Assembly: GCA_965222605.1 (NCBI GenBank) | Contig: OZ244960.1 | Location: forward strand, 4,672,001-4,736,000 | DNA from: Candidatus Latescibacterota bacterium | Lineage (GTDB): Bacteria > Latescibacterota > UBA2968 | Direction of reading: 5' to 3' | Length of the DNA stretch: 64,000 nt | Shown here: positions 25,887-36,282 of the stretch, piece by piece | How the letters are laid out: the number at the start of each line of letters is the position of its first letter | How positions within the stretch are numbered: position 1 is the stretch's first letter | The notes under the pieces: generated by a model | Told to the model about the DNA's origin: nothing | Databases searched by the model: none | What the model saw: the letters and a program-made list of their open reading frames with translations, nothing else | Made by a program: the position numbers and the translations under genes

Positions 25887-27716
25887 TTAATCCGCAATTT
25901 CCCTGACGCGAATGCGGGTACCGGGCCGCAAGCGCGAAGGACTTCGAATGTCATTCCAGGATTGCAGGGCTGCTACACTGGTATCAAAGGCACGCGCAAT
26001 GCCCCACAGGGTATCGCCCGTGCGTACTGTATAAAAGATAGGAGATTCCGATGTCCCATCTTTGGGTACCCACAATGTGAGGCGGTCGCCCGGGTGAATG
26101 GGACGATTGGTATCCAGATTGTTCCACGCGCGCAGGTGTGAAACCGTGATGCCTTTTCGTCTGGCTATGTCCCATAAGGTATCACCTGTACGTACCGTGA
26201 CATTGATCTGACGGTAGTGTTTGGAGTCGGGCCTCTGGTCAATATTTTTTATTTGAAGTACTGGGCGCGCCTGTGTTGCAGCAGACAGGCGTCGGGCGTG
26301 GGGATACATTGGAATGCTGAGTTTCTGACCGATTTGCAGGCGGCGAGGGTTGGTGATGCCATTGGCTGCCTGTAGATCGGTTGGCGATACTCCCACGCGG
26401 TATGCAATGCTCGATAAGGTATCGCCGCGTTTGACCACGTAGTCGATGAGTTGGATTTTTTTATGTGCTGGTATTTGGGCGTAATTGGCTCTAAATTTCG
26501 CGCCTGCTCCCTTTGGTACGCGCAAATTATAGGCGTTTCGCCGCATGGCAGGCGGTGTATATGGACGGCGCAGTTCGGGATTGAGTTGTTTCAGCCAGGT
26601 ATAGGTAGTGCCCGCACATTGCGCTGCCAAACGCAGGTTCACAGGTTCTGTTAAGGCGACTTTGTCATAGGACATGGGAGGTTGATAGACAACATCTTCA
26701 AAACCAAAAAAAGCGGGGTCTTTGGCGATGATGACAGCAGCCATAAACTTGGGTACGTGATTGCGGGTTTCTCTGGGCAGCGCGTCAATTTTCCAAAAGT
26801 CTCGGGTTTTAGATCTTGCAATGGCGCGATCCATCCGACCCTGCCCACAGTTGTAGGCCGCGACAACCAGACGCCAATCTCCAAAGTATTCGTACAGGTG
26901 ATTGAGATGTCGCGCCGCAGCATGTGTGGATTTTTCGGGGTTCATGCGATCGTCGATATAGGTGTTGCGCCGCAGGCCATAGAGCAAGCCAGTGCGGTAC
27001 ATAAATTGCCACATGCCCAGGGCGTATGCACGCGAGAGTGCGCGGGGATTAAATCCGCTTTCGATCATGGCTTTGTACGCGAGGTCCAAAGGCAGGCCCT
27101 GTTCGCGGAAAACTGTCTGGATCATGGGCAAATAGGCGGTGGAGCGAGACAGACTGCGTTGAAAAAAGTCGCGCTTTTCCGTGCGGAAATATTGGATATA
27201 CGCTATGACTTCAGGCGTGAGGTCAATGGGTATATCAGCTTGTCCTGCCAGCGTTCTCATTTTGAGTTCTCGATAGTGCGGATGATACAACAAGTCGGCA
27301 ACCACAGGTTCGGGAAGGGCATTGAGCAGAGTTGCCAGTGGCGCATGCGGCGGTATAGGCTCACGGGGTAGAATCGCGTGATAGCGTTCGAGTGTGAAAC
27401 GCATCAGCGCGGCCCATTTGGAGGCCGTTTCCGGTTCGGAAATAAAACGCTGGCGCAGCATGAGAGATGCCGTATCGAGCAAAGCTCGTACGCGATGAGA
27501 TTGGGATTCGACAGCGGCGTTTTGCAGCAGGTCGTAAAGACGGTCACCCGTGGGTTCTATCTCTTCTATCACCACAGGCTTTATTTGTATAATTGGTTCT
27601 ACAACTTTTGGTACAGTTACGGGTTCAGGGGCAGGTGCGGGTGCAAGGGGAGTGCGTGCGGTGGTTGCACAACCGCCAAAAATTAAAGCTGCAATAAGAC
27701 ACAAGTTATACCGCAT
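25887..27716 (-). CDS. MltD-like lytic transglycosylase with three LysM domains (lipoprotein)
   Basis: Lipobox FGGC; IESGFNP, GMWQFM, AAYNCG, ETR.HVPK SLT motifs; three V..GDTL..IA LysM repeats. Confidence 0.88.
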   Translation of the reverse strand: MRYNLCLIAALIFGGCATTARTPLAPAPAPEPVTVPKVVEPIIQIKPVVIEEIEPTGDRLYDLLQNAAVESQSHRVRALLDTASLMLRQRFISEPETASKWAALMRFTLERYHAILPREPIPPHAPLATLLNALPEPVVADLLYHPHYRELKMRTLAGQADIPIDLTPEVIAYIQYFRTEKRDFFQRSLSRSTAYLPMIQTVFREQGLPLDLAYKAMIESGFNPRALSRAYALGMWQFMYRTGLLYGLRRNTYIDDRMNPEKSTHAAARHLNHLYEYFGDWRLVVAAYNCGQGRMDRAIARSKTRDFWKIDALPRETRNHVPKFMAAVIIAKDPAFFGFEDVVYQPPMSYDKVALTEPVNLRLAAQCAGTTYTWLKQLNPELRRPYTPPAMRRNAYNLRVPKGAGAKFRANYAQIPAHKKIQLIDYVVKRGDTLSSIAYRVGVSPTDLQAANGITNPRRLQIGQKLSIPMYPHARRLSAATQARPVLQIKNIDQRPDSKHYRQINVTVRTGDTLWDIARRKGITVSHLRAWNNLDTNRPIHPGDRLTLWVPKDGTSESPIFYTVRTGDTLWGIARAFDTSVAALQSWNDIRSPSRLRPGTRIRVREIAD

Positions 27717-27729
27717 GGCAGTCTTCGCG

Positions 27730-28461
27730 CTATTGAGAAGATTTTGCCTGTATAATGAATGCTGTTTCATAGCCTTTCTTTGTTACCTCCTCGAGTAATA
27801 TTTCTGCATCGTTGCGCATCTGAAAATTGCCGACGCGCACCTTAAAATAAGGGGGTTCAAAATCGATAAAAACATCGTCGCGCGCCAGTTGGATACGCGC
27901 TTGCATTTGTGCATTTTCCGCTGAGCCTCGCGTCGATGACGAAAAAATTTGAACTCGAAAACCCGACGTGGCATTGTCTTGCGATTGCATATCGGCAATT
28001 TGTGTGCGAACCACATAAGCTTCGGGATAGCCAAGTGCTCTAATGGCGTCGCGCAGTGTTTTTGCTGATTCGGGCGTGCGGCTGTTGCCTGCTTGAATTT
28101 TGTAGAGTTGTATCTCTTCGTCGAGATGAATATATGTCAGGACCTGAGCATCGCGCTGAATTTGTTCGCGCAAGGCTTCTGCTCGGTTGTAATCGCGAAG
28201 GGCTGCGACTTGAACGCGAAAGCCCTCAAGTTGTGATACTTCCGCAGGAGGTATTACCTCGGCGCGTACAGGTGTTTGCAACACCGTGTCGTCGTCCATG
28301 AGGGTCTGCGGGTCAAATTCTTCTCGCGCCGTCGATGAATCAGTCGTTGATGAATCAGCCATTGGTGAATCAGCCGGAGGAGCGAGTTGGGTCTGTTGTG
28401 CGACACAGCCGATCAGGAACACGATAAATAAGACAAATAATAAGATTCTTTTTCTCACCAT
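27730..28461 (-). CDS. SPOR-domain lipoprotein (two SPOR domains)
   Basis: Lipobox LIGC; GFRVQV...YKIQAG and GFRVQIF...FKVRVGNF repeats. Confidence 0.8.
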   Translation of the reverse strand: MVRKRILLFVLFIVFLIGCVAQQTQLAPPADSPMADSSTTDSSTAREEFDPQTLMDDDTVLQTPVRAEVIPPAEVSQLEGFRVQVAALRDYNRAEALREQIQRDAQVLTYIHLDEEIQLYKIQAGNSRTPESAKTLRDAIRALGYPEAYVVRTQIADMQSQDNATSGFRVQIFSSSTRGSAENAQMQARIQLARDDVFIDFEPPYFKVRVGNFQMRNDAEILLEEVTKKGYETAFIIQAKSSQ

Positions 28462-28551
28462 TTTGCCTCCACGAGCAGTTGTCAGTTTCATTTTCAACCT
28501 TCACCCGTGCCATCTACCTCTGTCCATTGCCCAGACGCGATTTCACCTCAC

Positions 28552-28580
28552 ATTTTAAGAATGCATGCAAAATTTGTCAA
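28552..28580 (-). promoter_or_regulatory. Sigma70-type promoter for the SPOR-mltD-mreD-mrdA-rodA unit
   Basis: TTGACA-17 nt-TAAAAT on the minus strand. Confidence 0.65.
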
Positions 28581-28688
28581 TAACTTATATTGCGCAATTT
28601 ACCGAAAAATACTCTATTTTGCCCAATATCTTGTATATCTTTAAAAAAATAATAAAGTCGCTTAATTATACAATAAACTACAAGTTTA

Positions 28689-29723
28689 CTATCCAAACCA
28701 ACGCGCAAATATTTCTGAGTAATTGCCTTTTGCCACACCTTTTTCTGTTATGATCGCCGTGACGAGGTGATTGGGGGTCACGTCAAAGGCGGGATTGTAC
28801 ACCTGGATGCCGCTGGGCGCGGTTTGCCGCCCCATGCCGTGCGTGATTTCTTCTGTTTCGCGCTCTTCAATGGGAATTTGTGCGCCAGTGTCGCGTTTCA
28901 TGTCAATGGTAGATAAGGGTGCGGCCACGTAAAAAGGCACCTGGTGCGCTTTGGCCAAGATGGCCAGTCCATAGGTGCCGATTTTGTTGGCTACGTCTCC
29001 GTTTTTGGCAATGCGATCTGCGCCGACAACGATGCTGTCGATGTTTTTTTCGCGCAGCACCGCAGCGGCCATGCTATCGCATATTACGGTGACATCTACG
29101 CCGCTTTGATTCAGTTCCCATGCCGTGAGGCGTGATCCCTGTAAAAGTGGACGGGTTTCATCGGCATAGACCGCGACCTGTTTGCCCGCTTCAACTGCGG
29201 CGTAAACCACTGCTAAGGCCGTGCCGTAGTCGGCTGTGGCCAGGCCGCCTGCATTGCAGTGGGTCAATACAGTCGCTTGTGAAGATAGCAATTCGGCACC
29301 ATTGCGACCAATTTGGCGGCATATTCTTTTGTCGTCTTCAAAAATTTCGTGGGCTTCTTTGAGCAGGCGGTCGCGTTTTTTAGCGGGTGAATGGCTGGCT
29401 GCTTTGGCGAGAACTTTTTTCTGGCGGTCGAGTGCCCAAAAGAGGTTGACGGCTGTAGGGCGCGTTTGCGACAGTTTTTGAATGCTTTCTGCGACATCCC
29501 GGTCAAAGTCAGCATCTCGTGCTATGGCTTCTTGCGCTGCAATCACGACGCCATAAGCAGCCGCTACGCCAATGGCTGGGGCGCCGCGCACCCTCAAGCT
29601 GACGATGGCTTCTGCCACCGTGTTGACATCGCGGCAAGTGATGAATTTGTACTCTTCGGGTAATAAGGTCTGGTCGATGAGGCGCAGGGCATCATTTTTC
29701 CAGGTGATGGTTGGAACGGGCAT
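28689..29723 (-). CDS. mtnA: S-methyl-5-thioribose-1-phosphate isomerase
   Basis: VRGAPAIG, RPTAVNL, THCNAG.LAT, ETRP.LQG.RLT, ANKIGTY, NPAFDVTP. Confidence 0.95.
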   Translation of the reverse strand: MPVPTITWKNDALRLIDQTLLPEEYKFITCRDVNTVAEAIVSLRVRGAPAIGVAAAYGVVIAAQEAIARDADFDRDVAESIQKLSQTRPTAVNLFWALDRQKKVLAKAASHSPAKKRDRLLKEAHEIFEDDKRICRQIGRNGAELLSSQATVLTHCNAGGLATADYGTALAVVYAAVEAGKQVAVYADETRPLLQGSRLTAWELNQSGVDVTVICDSMAAAVLREKNIDSIVVGADRIAKNGDVANKIGTYGLAILAKAHQVPFYVAAPLSTIDMKRDTGAQIPIEERETEEITHGMGRQTAPSGIQVYNPAFDVTPNHLVTAIITEKGVAKGNYSEIFARWFG

Positions 29724-29739
29724 TGGCCATCTCCAATTG

Positions 29740-30123
29740 TCATGGGTCGCGGATTAAATTGTCCGTCAATACGTCGTCTTCAATGCGTTCTATCGGCGCG
29801 TCGCGCCACAGGCGTTCCAGGCCGTAAAATTGGCGCGATTCTTTTTGAAAAATATGTACGACAATGTCGAAAAAGTCGATCAGTATCCATTTTCGCACAT
29901 CATATCCCTCGACCTGATAGGGGCGCTGCCCTTCGGCTTTGAGCCCCTCGGTTACCGCATCGGCCAGGGCGCGAACATGCACATCGGATGTTCCCGTGCA
30001 GATGATAAAATAATCGGCAAAGTCAGCTATTTGGCGCAGATCAATCACAATGAGGTCTTCGGCTTTGTGCGATAGCAACTGTTCAATGCAGGCACTGCGG
30101 ACAATTTCAGTGGTATCTGACAA
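29740..30123 (-). CDS. rsfS: Ribosome silencing factor
   Basis: KAED....D, ADYFIICTG, EG....WILID..DIVVH.F....R.FY.LERLW; likely TTG start at 30123. Confidence 0.92.
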   Translation of the reverse strand: MSDTTEIVRSACIEQLLSHKAEDLIVIDLRQIADFADYFIICTGTSDVHVRALADAVTEGLKAEGQRPYQVEGYDVRKWILIDFFDIVVHIFQKESRQFYGLERLWRDAPIERIEDDVLTDNLIRDP

Positions 30124-30136
30124 ATTGAGCTGCCTT

Positions 30137-30553
30137 TCATTTAAATATTTCCAACCCGCGATAATCGCGTCCAATGATGACGGTGACTTCTTCGATGCGA
30201 AAGGGGTCGGATGTTTTTTGCTGGATCACATTGGGCGTGCCAAGGACGTTGGCGACTTGCTGGGCATATTCTATTTTCCCCATGCGATCTATGACAATGG
30301 TCTCGGGGAAGTTGAAATTTTCAGCATTTCCCAGGGTCAGGGCATCTATGCCAAAATCGCGCAGTTTTTGCCCGATCTCATTGGCAATGCCGCCTGTACC
30401 ACAGCCGTTGAGAATTTCAATGCGGATATTGTGAGAGACCTGGGGGGCGTCGGGCACGACATCAGGTGCCGTTTGCGGTTCCCAAAAGGTTTTTGTCGCA
30501 AAGACCAGGCCGGCGATGAGAAGGCCGGCGAGAACCCATAACCAGCGTTTCAT
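30137..30553 (-). CDS. LytR C-terminal domain protein
   Basis: N-terminal membrane anchor; IEILNGCG..GIA, GNA, VTVIIG.DY. Confidence 0.8.
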   Translation of the reverse strand: MKRWLWVLAGLLIAGLVFATKTFWEPQTAPDVVPDAPQVSHNIRIEILNGCGTGGIANEIGQKLRDFGIDALTLGNAENFNFPETIVIDRMGKIEYAQQVANVLGTPNVIQQKTSDPFRIEEVTVIIGRDYRGLEIFK

Positions 30554-30571
30554 GTTGATAAATATACAGAT

Positions 30572-30607
30572 AAAAAAAAAAGACGCCAGTCTTTCGCACT
30601 GGCGTCT
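30572..30607 (-). terminator. Intrinsic terminator
   Basis: Stem AGACGCCAGT/ACTGGCGTCT followed by a T-run on the minus strand. Confidence 0.8.
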
Positions 30608-30628
30608 CTATCTGTTAATATCGCGCTT

Positions 30629-31096
30629 TTAATAGCGTCTGTATCTCTCGTTATAATAATAGGGATAGCCATAGCCATTGAAGGTGCTGAATCCAACTTC
30701 GATGCGAATATTGGGCTTGGGCTGGTACAAAAGGCTGACATTGGGAACGACGACTTGAACACCGCCTGATGAGGTCGAACCGTAGCGCGTATTGCCCGAC
30801 ATTTGATTGACCAGGCCAACTTGCGCTCTCACGATGAGCGGTTTGGATATTTGATACGTGATGTCGTTGAGATAATACTGGTTTAAGCCACCGCCATATC
30901 CCGAACCGTAACTGATCCCAATGGTGTGGTTAAATTTGAGCTTTTTCAGGTCGAACAAACCACTGGTGGTTTTTAACCCGTTCACGAGGTTTTCACCTGC
31001 GAGCGGAATTTTGTTTTGCGGCTGAATGCCCATTTCTGCCTGTGCCTGCGTCGCAATCAACGCTACAACTGCAAGTGTGCAAATCCATTTGTGCAT
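30629..31096 (-). CDS. Secreted hypothetical protein
   Basis: Signal peptide ending AQA; GGAGG SD; own promoter and terminator. Confidence 0.7.
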   Translation of the reverse strand: MHKWICTLAVVALIATQAQAEMGIQPQNKIPLAGENLVNGLKTTSGLFDLKKLKFNHTIGISYGSGYGGGLNQYYLNDITYQISKPLIVRAQVGLVNQMSGNTRYGSTSSGGVQVVVPNVSLLYQPKPNIRIEVGFSTFNGYGYPYYYNERYRRY

Positions 31097-31131
31097 GTAT
31101 AAAACCTCCTTGTTCGGGTCTGTTATAAAAC

Positions 31132-31160
31132 AGGATACGGAAACTGAGGTGAGATGTCAA
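31132..31160 (-). promoter_or_regulatory. Sigma70-type promoter
   Basis: TTGACA-17 nt-TATCCT. Confidence 0.6.
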
Positions 31161-31218
31161 GTGTTCTGTGTTCTTAGACACCTGAGCATGTCCATGTGTT
31201 CCACAATAGAGATTGCGC

Positions 31219-31247
31219 TTGAAAGAGGAGAGAGGGATGGCTATACT
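31219..31247 (+). promoter_or_regulatory. Sigma70-type promoter of the DUF433 TA operon
   Basis: TTGAAA-17 nt-TATACT. Confidence 0.6.
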
Positions 31248-31292
31248 TATGTATAATGTTCTACGCGAAAGACATTCGAAAGGAAATGAAAA

Positions 31293-31523
31293 ATGAAATT
31301 TCAACGCATCACTGTTTCTGCCGACCAAATGGGGGGATTGCCCTGTATAAGAGGTCTTCGAATCCCCGTTTCTATCGTTGTTGATCTCATCGCTGAAAAC
31401 ACACCTGATGAGGAAATTTTGAGACTCTATCCCGACCTCGAACCTGAAGACATTCGCGAAGCACTCGCTTTTGCAGCGGTTGCAGTGCGTGAACGGGAAC
31501 TTCCTCTCCAAATGACACCATGA
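31293..31523 (+). CDS. DUF433 family antitoxin
   Basis: RI......[13 protein letters not shown]...EIL..YPDLE.EDIREAL.FA. Confidence 0.9.
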   Translation: MKFQRITVSADQMGGLPCIRGLRIPVSIVVDLIAENTPDEEILRLYPDLEPEDIREALAFAAVAVRERELPLQMTP

Positions 31524-31888
31524 GATTTCTCATTGATAATGCACTTTCCCCATTGCTGGCTCAAAAGCTCGCTGAACAAGGATACGATGCTGTACATATT
31601 CGCAAATATAATATGCAATCTGCATCCGATGAAGATATTTTTCGACTTGCTCAGAGAGAGGATAGGATCATTATTTCGGCTGACACGGACTTTGGCTCAT
31701 TACTCGCATTGAGAAGTACCCTCAAACCATCTGTAATTCTTTTTCGAAGAGGTACGGAGAGGCATCCAGAGCAACAATTTAAACTATTACAGGCCAACCT
31801 ACCGACTATTTCCAATGATCTTCAAAATGGCAGCGTTGTTGTATTTACTCAAAATAGCATACGGATCAGGCCTCTTCCCATCGCATGA
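31520..31888 (+). CDS. DUF5615 / PIN-like toxin
   Basis: [18 protein letters not shown]...[13 protein letters not shown]; ATGA overlap with the DUF433 gene. Confidence 0.88.
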   Translation: MRFLIDNALSPLLAQKLAEQGYDAVHIRKYNMQSASDEDIFRLAQREDRIIISADTDFGSLLALRSTLKPSVILFRRGTERHPEQQFKLLQANLPTISNDLQNGSVVVFTQNSIRIRPLPIA

Positions 31889-31932
31889 AATTAAAAAAGA
31901 GACTCCTCCGAACTTTTCAGAAGGAGAATGAC

Positions 31933-32217
31933 ATGGAAAAAGAAATATATACAACAGATGCGCCTGCATCGTGTCCGACGTTGGAAAAGTTGTCGGAGAA
32001 AGAGCAAGAGATGTTGTTCGATGCGTTTGAGAAGGCTATCGAATTGGCAGAAAAAGCAGGTTTTTCAGAGGCTGAGATTTTTCAGTTTTTTGAAGACGTG
32101 ATTGATGTCCGTGCTTCTGAGCAGATCTTGGACAAAATGGATAGAACCGGAGAGAAACCAATGCCTTTGGAGGAATTCGAAGCATCAACTGGTTCGCACT
32201 TACAGGGATGGCAATAA
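31933..32217 (+). CDS. Hypothetical acidic protein, possibly an orphan antitoxin
   Basis: AGGAG SD; acidic; C-terminal 'D..D.......GEKPMPLEE' pattern resembling RelB-like antitoxins. Confidence 0.5.
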   Translation: MEKEIYTTDAPASCPTLEKLSEKEQEMLFDAFEKAIELAEKAGFSEAEIFQFFEDVIDVRASEQILDKMDRTGEKPMPLEEFEASTGSHLQGWQ

Positions 32218-32226
32218 ATAAAGCAG

Positions 32227-32490
32227 TTAATGAGAGTTACTTTCATAAATACCTTCTTCCCGTTCGTCATAACGAGCATTTAGAATACTCGAAGGTCGAA
32301 CGCGGGTTCCCGTCGCTTCCTTACGCTCGCGAACTCTGTGCAGCCACTCTTCAACCGAGGGCCGCGACGCGATTCGTTCCAATTCATTGCGGAGAAATGC
32401 TTGCATGGACTGACGTTGGCGGGCGGCGCGAATAGCAAGTACGTCGTGTACATCTTCCGGAACGTCTTCTATAGTGATTTGTACTGGCAT
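32227..32490 (-). CDS. FitA/Arc-like ribbon-helix-helix antitoxin
   Basis: QITIEDVPEDVHDVLA.RAA...QSMQAFLR..L. Confidence 0.75.
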   Translation of the reverse strand: MPVQITIEDVPEDVHDVLAIRAARQRQSMQAFLRNELERIASRPSVEEWLHRVRERKEATGTRVRPSSILNARYDEREEGIYESNSH

Positions 32491-32517
32491 GACGGTTTAG
32501 ACCTCTTAATAATGTGA

Positions 32518-33645
32518 TTATTTTTTCGCCTTGTCCATCAATTTTGCAAATTCGTCGAAGAGATAATCGGCATCGTGCGGGCCAGCAGAGGCTTCGGGGT
32601 GGTATTGGACGGAGAAGGCGGGCAATTCGCGGTGGCGCAGGCCCTCGAGGGTGTTGTCGTTGAGATTGATGTGGGTGAGTGCTACGACTTCCCGGTCGAG
32701 GGTGTTGAGATCGACGCAGAAACCGTGGTTTTGCGCGGTGATTTCGACTTTGCCCGTGCTGGCGTGCTGCACGGGCTGGTTGGCACCCCGGTGACCAAAT
32801 TTGAGTTTGTACGTTTTCCCACCCAGTGCCAGGCCGAGAAGCTGATGGCCCAGACATATTCCAAAGGTGGGGCGTTCGCGGATCAATTTGCGGATGTTTT
32901 CGACAGCATATGTCACGGGTTCTGGGTCGCCCGGGCCGTTGGACAAAAAGATGCCGTCGGGATCGATTTCGAGGAGTTGCTCTGCGGGTGTATCGGCAGG
33001 AAAAACAGTGATATCGCAGCCGCGATCAACGAGATAGCGCAAGATGTTGTGTTTGATGCCAAAGTCGTAAGCCGCCACGCGGTATTTGGCTTTTTGCCTG
33101 AGATGTCTGGTCTGACCGGTTTTGAGATCACAAAGGCCCTCGGCCCAGTGATAGGGTTCTGTGCAGGTGACGTTTTGCACGAGGTCGCGTCCGATCAGGC
33201 CGGGGAAGTCACGTGCTTTTTGAACGAGGCTGTCAGAATCGAGATCGATGGTTGACAGCACGCCTTTCATTGCGCCCCGAAGGCGGATATGCCGCACGAG
33301 TGCGCGGGTGTCAATGTCCTCAATGCCGGGTATGTTGTGTTCTTTTAGAAAGTCGCCGAGAGTAATGGTTGATCGCCAATTGCTGGGATATGGACAGTAT
33401 TCTTTGACCACAAAGCCAGAGACCTGGGGTTTTTGCGATTCGAAGTCGGATGGGTTGATGCCGTAGTTGCCAATGAGTGGATAGGTCATGGTTACGATCT
33501 GGCTGTTATAAGACGGATCTGTGAGGATTTCCTGATACCCTGTCATGCTGGTGTTGAAGACAACTTCTCCTTCGCATTCGGCTTCTGCGCCAAAGGATCT
33601 GCCTTTGAAAATGGTGCCGTCTTCCAATGCGAGAATCGCTTCCAT
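32518..33645 (-). CDS. carA: Carbamoyl-phosphate synthase small subunit
   Basis: GEVVFNT.MTGYQE.LTDPSY, SNGPGDP, GICLGHQ, QYHPE. Confidence 0.97.
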   Translation of the reverse strand: MEAILALEDGTIFKGRSFGAEAECEGEVVFNTSMTGYQEILTDPSYNSQIVTMTYPLIGNYGINPSDFESQKPQVSGFVVKEYCPYPSNWRSTITLGDFLKEHNIPGIEDIDTRALVRHIRLRGAMKGVLSTIDLDSDSLVQKARDFPGLIGRDLVQNVTCTEPYHWAEGLCDLKTGQTRHLRQKAKYRVAAYDFGIKHNILRYLVDRGCDITVFPADTPAEQLLEIDPDGIFLSNGPGDPEPVTYAVENIRKLIRERPTFGICLGHQLLGLALGGKTYKLKFGHRGANQPVQHASTGKVEITAQNHGFCVDLNTLDREVVALTHINLNDNTLEGLRHRELPAFSVQYHPEASAGPHDADYLFDEFAKLMDKAKK

Positions 33646-33658
33646 GAATGTTGTTCCT

Positions 33659-34957
33659 TTACTGTTTGTAAGTTATCCGTCCACCCAATATCGTCATTGT
33701 GGCTCGACCTTTTAATGTCCATCCGTGAAAGGGCGTGTTGCGCGATTTGGATTTGAATTGATTGGCATCTACAATCCATTCGAGATCGGGATTGATGACT
33801 GTAATATCAGCGGACTTGCCGAGGGAGAGGCTACCGCCTTCGATGCCGAGAATGCGCGCGGGTTCTGTTGTGAGTTTGGCAATTGTATCTGAGAGAGAGA
33901 GCAGGTTGGTGTGGACGAGTTTGGTGAAGATGACGCCAACGGCGGTTTCAAGACCGAGTATGCCATTGGGTGCATTGGTAAATGCACCCAATTTTTCTTT
34001 TGTCGTATGTGGCGCATGGTCTGTGGCGAGTGCGTCAATGGTGCCGTCCTGTAAGCCGGCGATTATGGCTTCGCGGTCTTCTCTGGCGCGAAGCGGCGGA
34101 CTCATTTTGCCGGCTGTGCCGAGCACGCGCACGTCTTCATCGGTCAACACAATGTGATGGGGCGAGGCTTCGCAGGTGACGGGTAGGCCCTCTGCTTTGG
34201 CTTTGCGCACGAGTTCGGCAGCGCGTTTGACGCTGAGGTGCAAGATGTGGAGACGCCCTCGAGTGTGGCGCACGAGTTCGATGTCGCGCGCGTTCATGGC
34301 GGCTTCGCCTTCGGCGGGCATGCCTTTCAGACCGAGTTCGCGGGAGACAGCGCCTTCGTGCATGTGCCCTCCGCGCGTGAGTTCAAAGACTTCTGAGTGG
34401 GGATAAACCGCAAAATCGTTGGCGGCGGCGCGTTCCAAAAGTTGGCGCATCAAGGCTTCGGATTCAATGGGGAGGCCGTCGTCGGAAAACCCAACAGCAC
34501 CTGCTTTGAGCAGGGCATCGGTATCGGTGAGTTTTTCACCCTGCATTTTTTTTGTTGCACAGGCGATGGGATACACGCGGGCATCTGCAGATTTTGCCTG
34601 TTGGGCGATGTATTGGACAATTTCTGGGCTGTCCATCGGCGGTTCTGTATTGGGCAAACAGGCTATAGATGTGAAGCCGCCGGCAGCAGCGGCTTCACAT
34701 CCGGTTTTGATGGTTTCTTTTTCGGGAAAACCCGGATCGCGCAAGTGGACGTGCATATCGATGAGACCGGGCGCAACGACCAGACCGGAGACGTCAAAGG
34801 TCTCGGCACTTGTAGCGATATGCGGTTCAATACGCGCGATGTGACCGCGCTGGATGAGCAGATCGGCTATTTCATCGCGGTTGTTGGCCGGGTCGATGAT
34901 GCGACCGTTTTTAAGCAGGAGATCGGGCATTGAAAAGTTGTAAATATCCTCGCTCAA
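33659..34957 (-). CDS. pyrC: Dihydroorotase (type I)
   Basis: [32 protein letters not shown]. Confidence 0.93.
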   Translation of the reverse strand: MSEDIYNFSMPDLLLKNGRIIDPANNRDEIADLLIQRGHIARIEPHIATSAETFDVSGLVVAPGLIDMHVHLRDPGFPEKETIKTGCEAAAAGGFTSIACLPNTEPPMDSPEIVQYIAQQAKSADARVYPIACATKKMQGEKLTDTDALLKAGAVGFSDDGLPIESEALMRQLLERAAANDFAVYPHSEVFELTRGGHMHEGAVSRELGLKGMPAEGEAAMNARDIELVRHTRGRLHILHLSVKRAAELVRKAKAEGLPVTCEASPHHIVLTDEDVRVLGTAGKMSPPLRAREDREAIIAGLQDGTIDALATDHAPHTTKEKLGAFTNAPNGILGLETAVGVIFTKLVHTNLLSLSDTIAKLTTEPARILGIEGGSLSLGKSADITVINPDLEWIVDANQFKSKSRNTPFHGWTLKGRATMTILGGRITYKQ

Positions 34958-36255
34958 TCTGCAAAAACGGGTTCGGGCACGCGGTCGCGGTAGGCTTCGA
35001 TGGGCGGTAGATTGCCGTCGGCTTCGGTTTCGAGGGGGCGCAGGCCAGTGAGAATTTCGAGGTCGTCGCGGATGTCGGCCTGTGCCAGATAGGCTTCAGA
35101 GGCTTCGACTTCACCCAGATCGAGCGTGTTGGGGATCCAGAGTACGCGGGCGTCTTCTGGCGCGATGAGGCCAATGGATTCGAGGGCAATGTCGAGAACT
35201 TCGGCGTCTGTGTCGCAGTGCAGCGGAATCGCACCTGCTGAAACGTGTTGCCCGGTGATGACGTTGGTATAGGTGGCGTGATAGTCGATTTTATCGACGA
35301 GGCGCCTGGTGGTAAATTCGGCCATGCCGATGCCGGTGGCGTTGCCGTGTGTGACTTCGGTGAGGTCGCGCACAAAGATGCGCAAGACGCGCGGGGTTTC
35401 GTCGCCCATTGCGCGGCGGTCGTTGCGCTTGCGTCCGATGACGTTGGTGTCCATACCCGAGCCGGAGATGTTTTTGCCCATTTCGTCGATGATGAGCAGG
35501 TCAACATCATCGAAGGGAAGCGAGGGGCACCACTCTTTGGATTTGGCCTGAAGTACTTTTTCGCGTTCTTCAAAGTCTGCCGCGGGAATGGCTTCGATGA
35601 GTGCGGTTTCGTCGTAGCCATTTTCAAGGGTGGCTATGCCAAAGGTGATGGGCATTTCCTCGCGCACGACTTTGCCGACTAAGCGCACGATTTTGTCAAA
35701 GGAGTGGTGGATGATGGCGCGGTGATATACCGAGGCGCCTTTGTGTTTGCCCAGGCCAATGAGCATCATTTTCATCAGTCCGCTTTCAATTTCGCCGGCA
35801 AATCCCGTATGCGGTTTGATGCGGTTGACCACAATGACGTGATCGGCTTCGGACGCGTGTTTGTCAAAGTAGATGGGCATGCCAAAATCCGATACGCCGA
35901 TCTGGATGACGTCCATCGACGATTTGATCGGGCAGCCCATTGCGCCTTCGGTGATGCCATATTCAGCCAGGACCTGGGTTTGTCCCTCGGCTGTGCCTCC
36001 GCCGTGCGATCCCATTGCGGGCACGATGTAGGGAACAGCGCCAATGGCTTTCATTTCTTCGACGACGGTTTTGACGATGGTGTCGATGTTGGCGACGCCG
36101 CGGCTGCCTGCGGCTATGGCGACGGTTTGACCGGGTTTGATTGTAGAACTGGGATTGATTCTGGCGATTTCATCGCGTACAGTGCCAGCGATTTCATCGA
36201 CGCGAGGAGCGTCGAAGTGTTGGCGAATGCGGAACATTTGCGGGTAAGTCGGCAT
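34954..36255 (-). CDS. LarA-like (DUF2088) racemase/epimerase-family protein
   Basis: GSRG, PAMGSHGG.TAEGQ, NRIKPHT, ESGLMKM..IGLGK, GKNISGSGMDTNV. Confidence 0.75.
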   Translation of the reverse strand: MPTYPQMFRIRQHFDAPRVDEIAGTVRDEIARINPSSTIKPGQTVAIAAGSRGVANIDTIVKTVVEEMKAIGAVPYIVPAMGSHGGGTAEGQTQVLAEYGITEGAMGCPIKSSMDVIQIGVSDFGMPIYFDKHASEADHVIVVNRIKPHTGFAGEIESGLMKMMLIGLGKHKGASVYHRAIIHHSFDKIVRLVGKVVREEMPITFGIATLENGYDETALIEAIPAADFEEREKVLQAKSKEWCPSLPFDDVDLLIIDEMGKNISGSGMDTNVIGRKRNDRRAMGDETPRVLRIFVRDLTEVTHGNATGIGMAEFTTRRLVDKIDYHATYTNVITGQHVSAGAIPLHCDTDAEVLDIALESIGLIAPEDARVLWIPNTLDLGEVEASEAYLAQADIRDDLEILTGLRPLETEADGNLPPIEAYRDRVPEPVFAD

Positions 36256-36282
36256 GGTTTATCCTCCTGTTGTGATTTGCTA

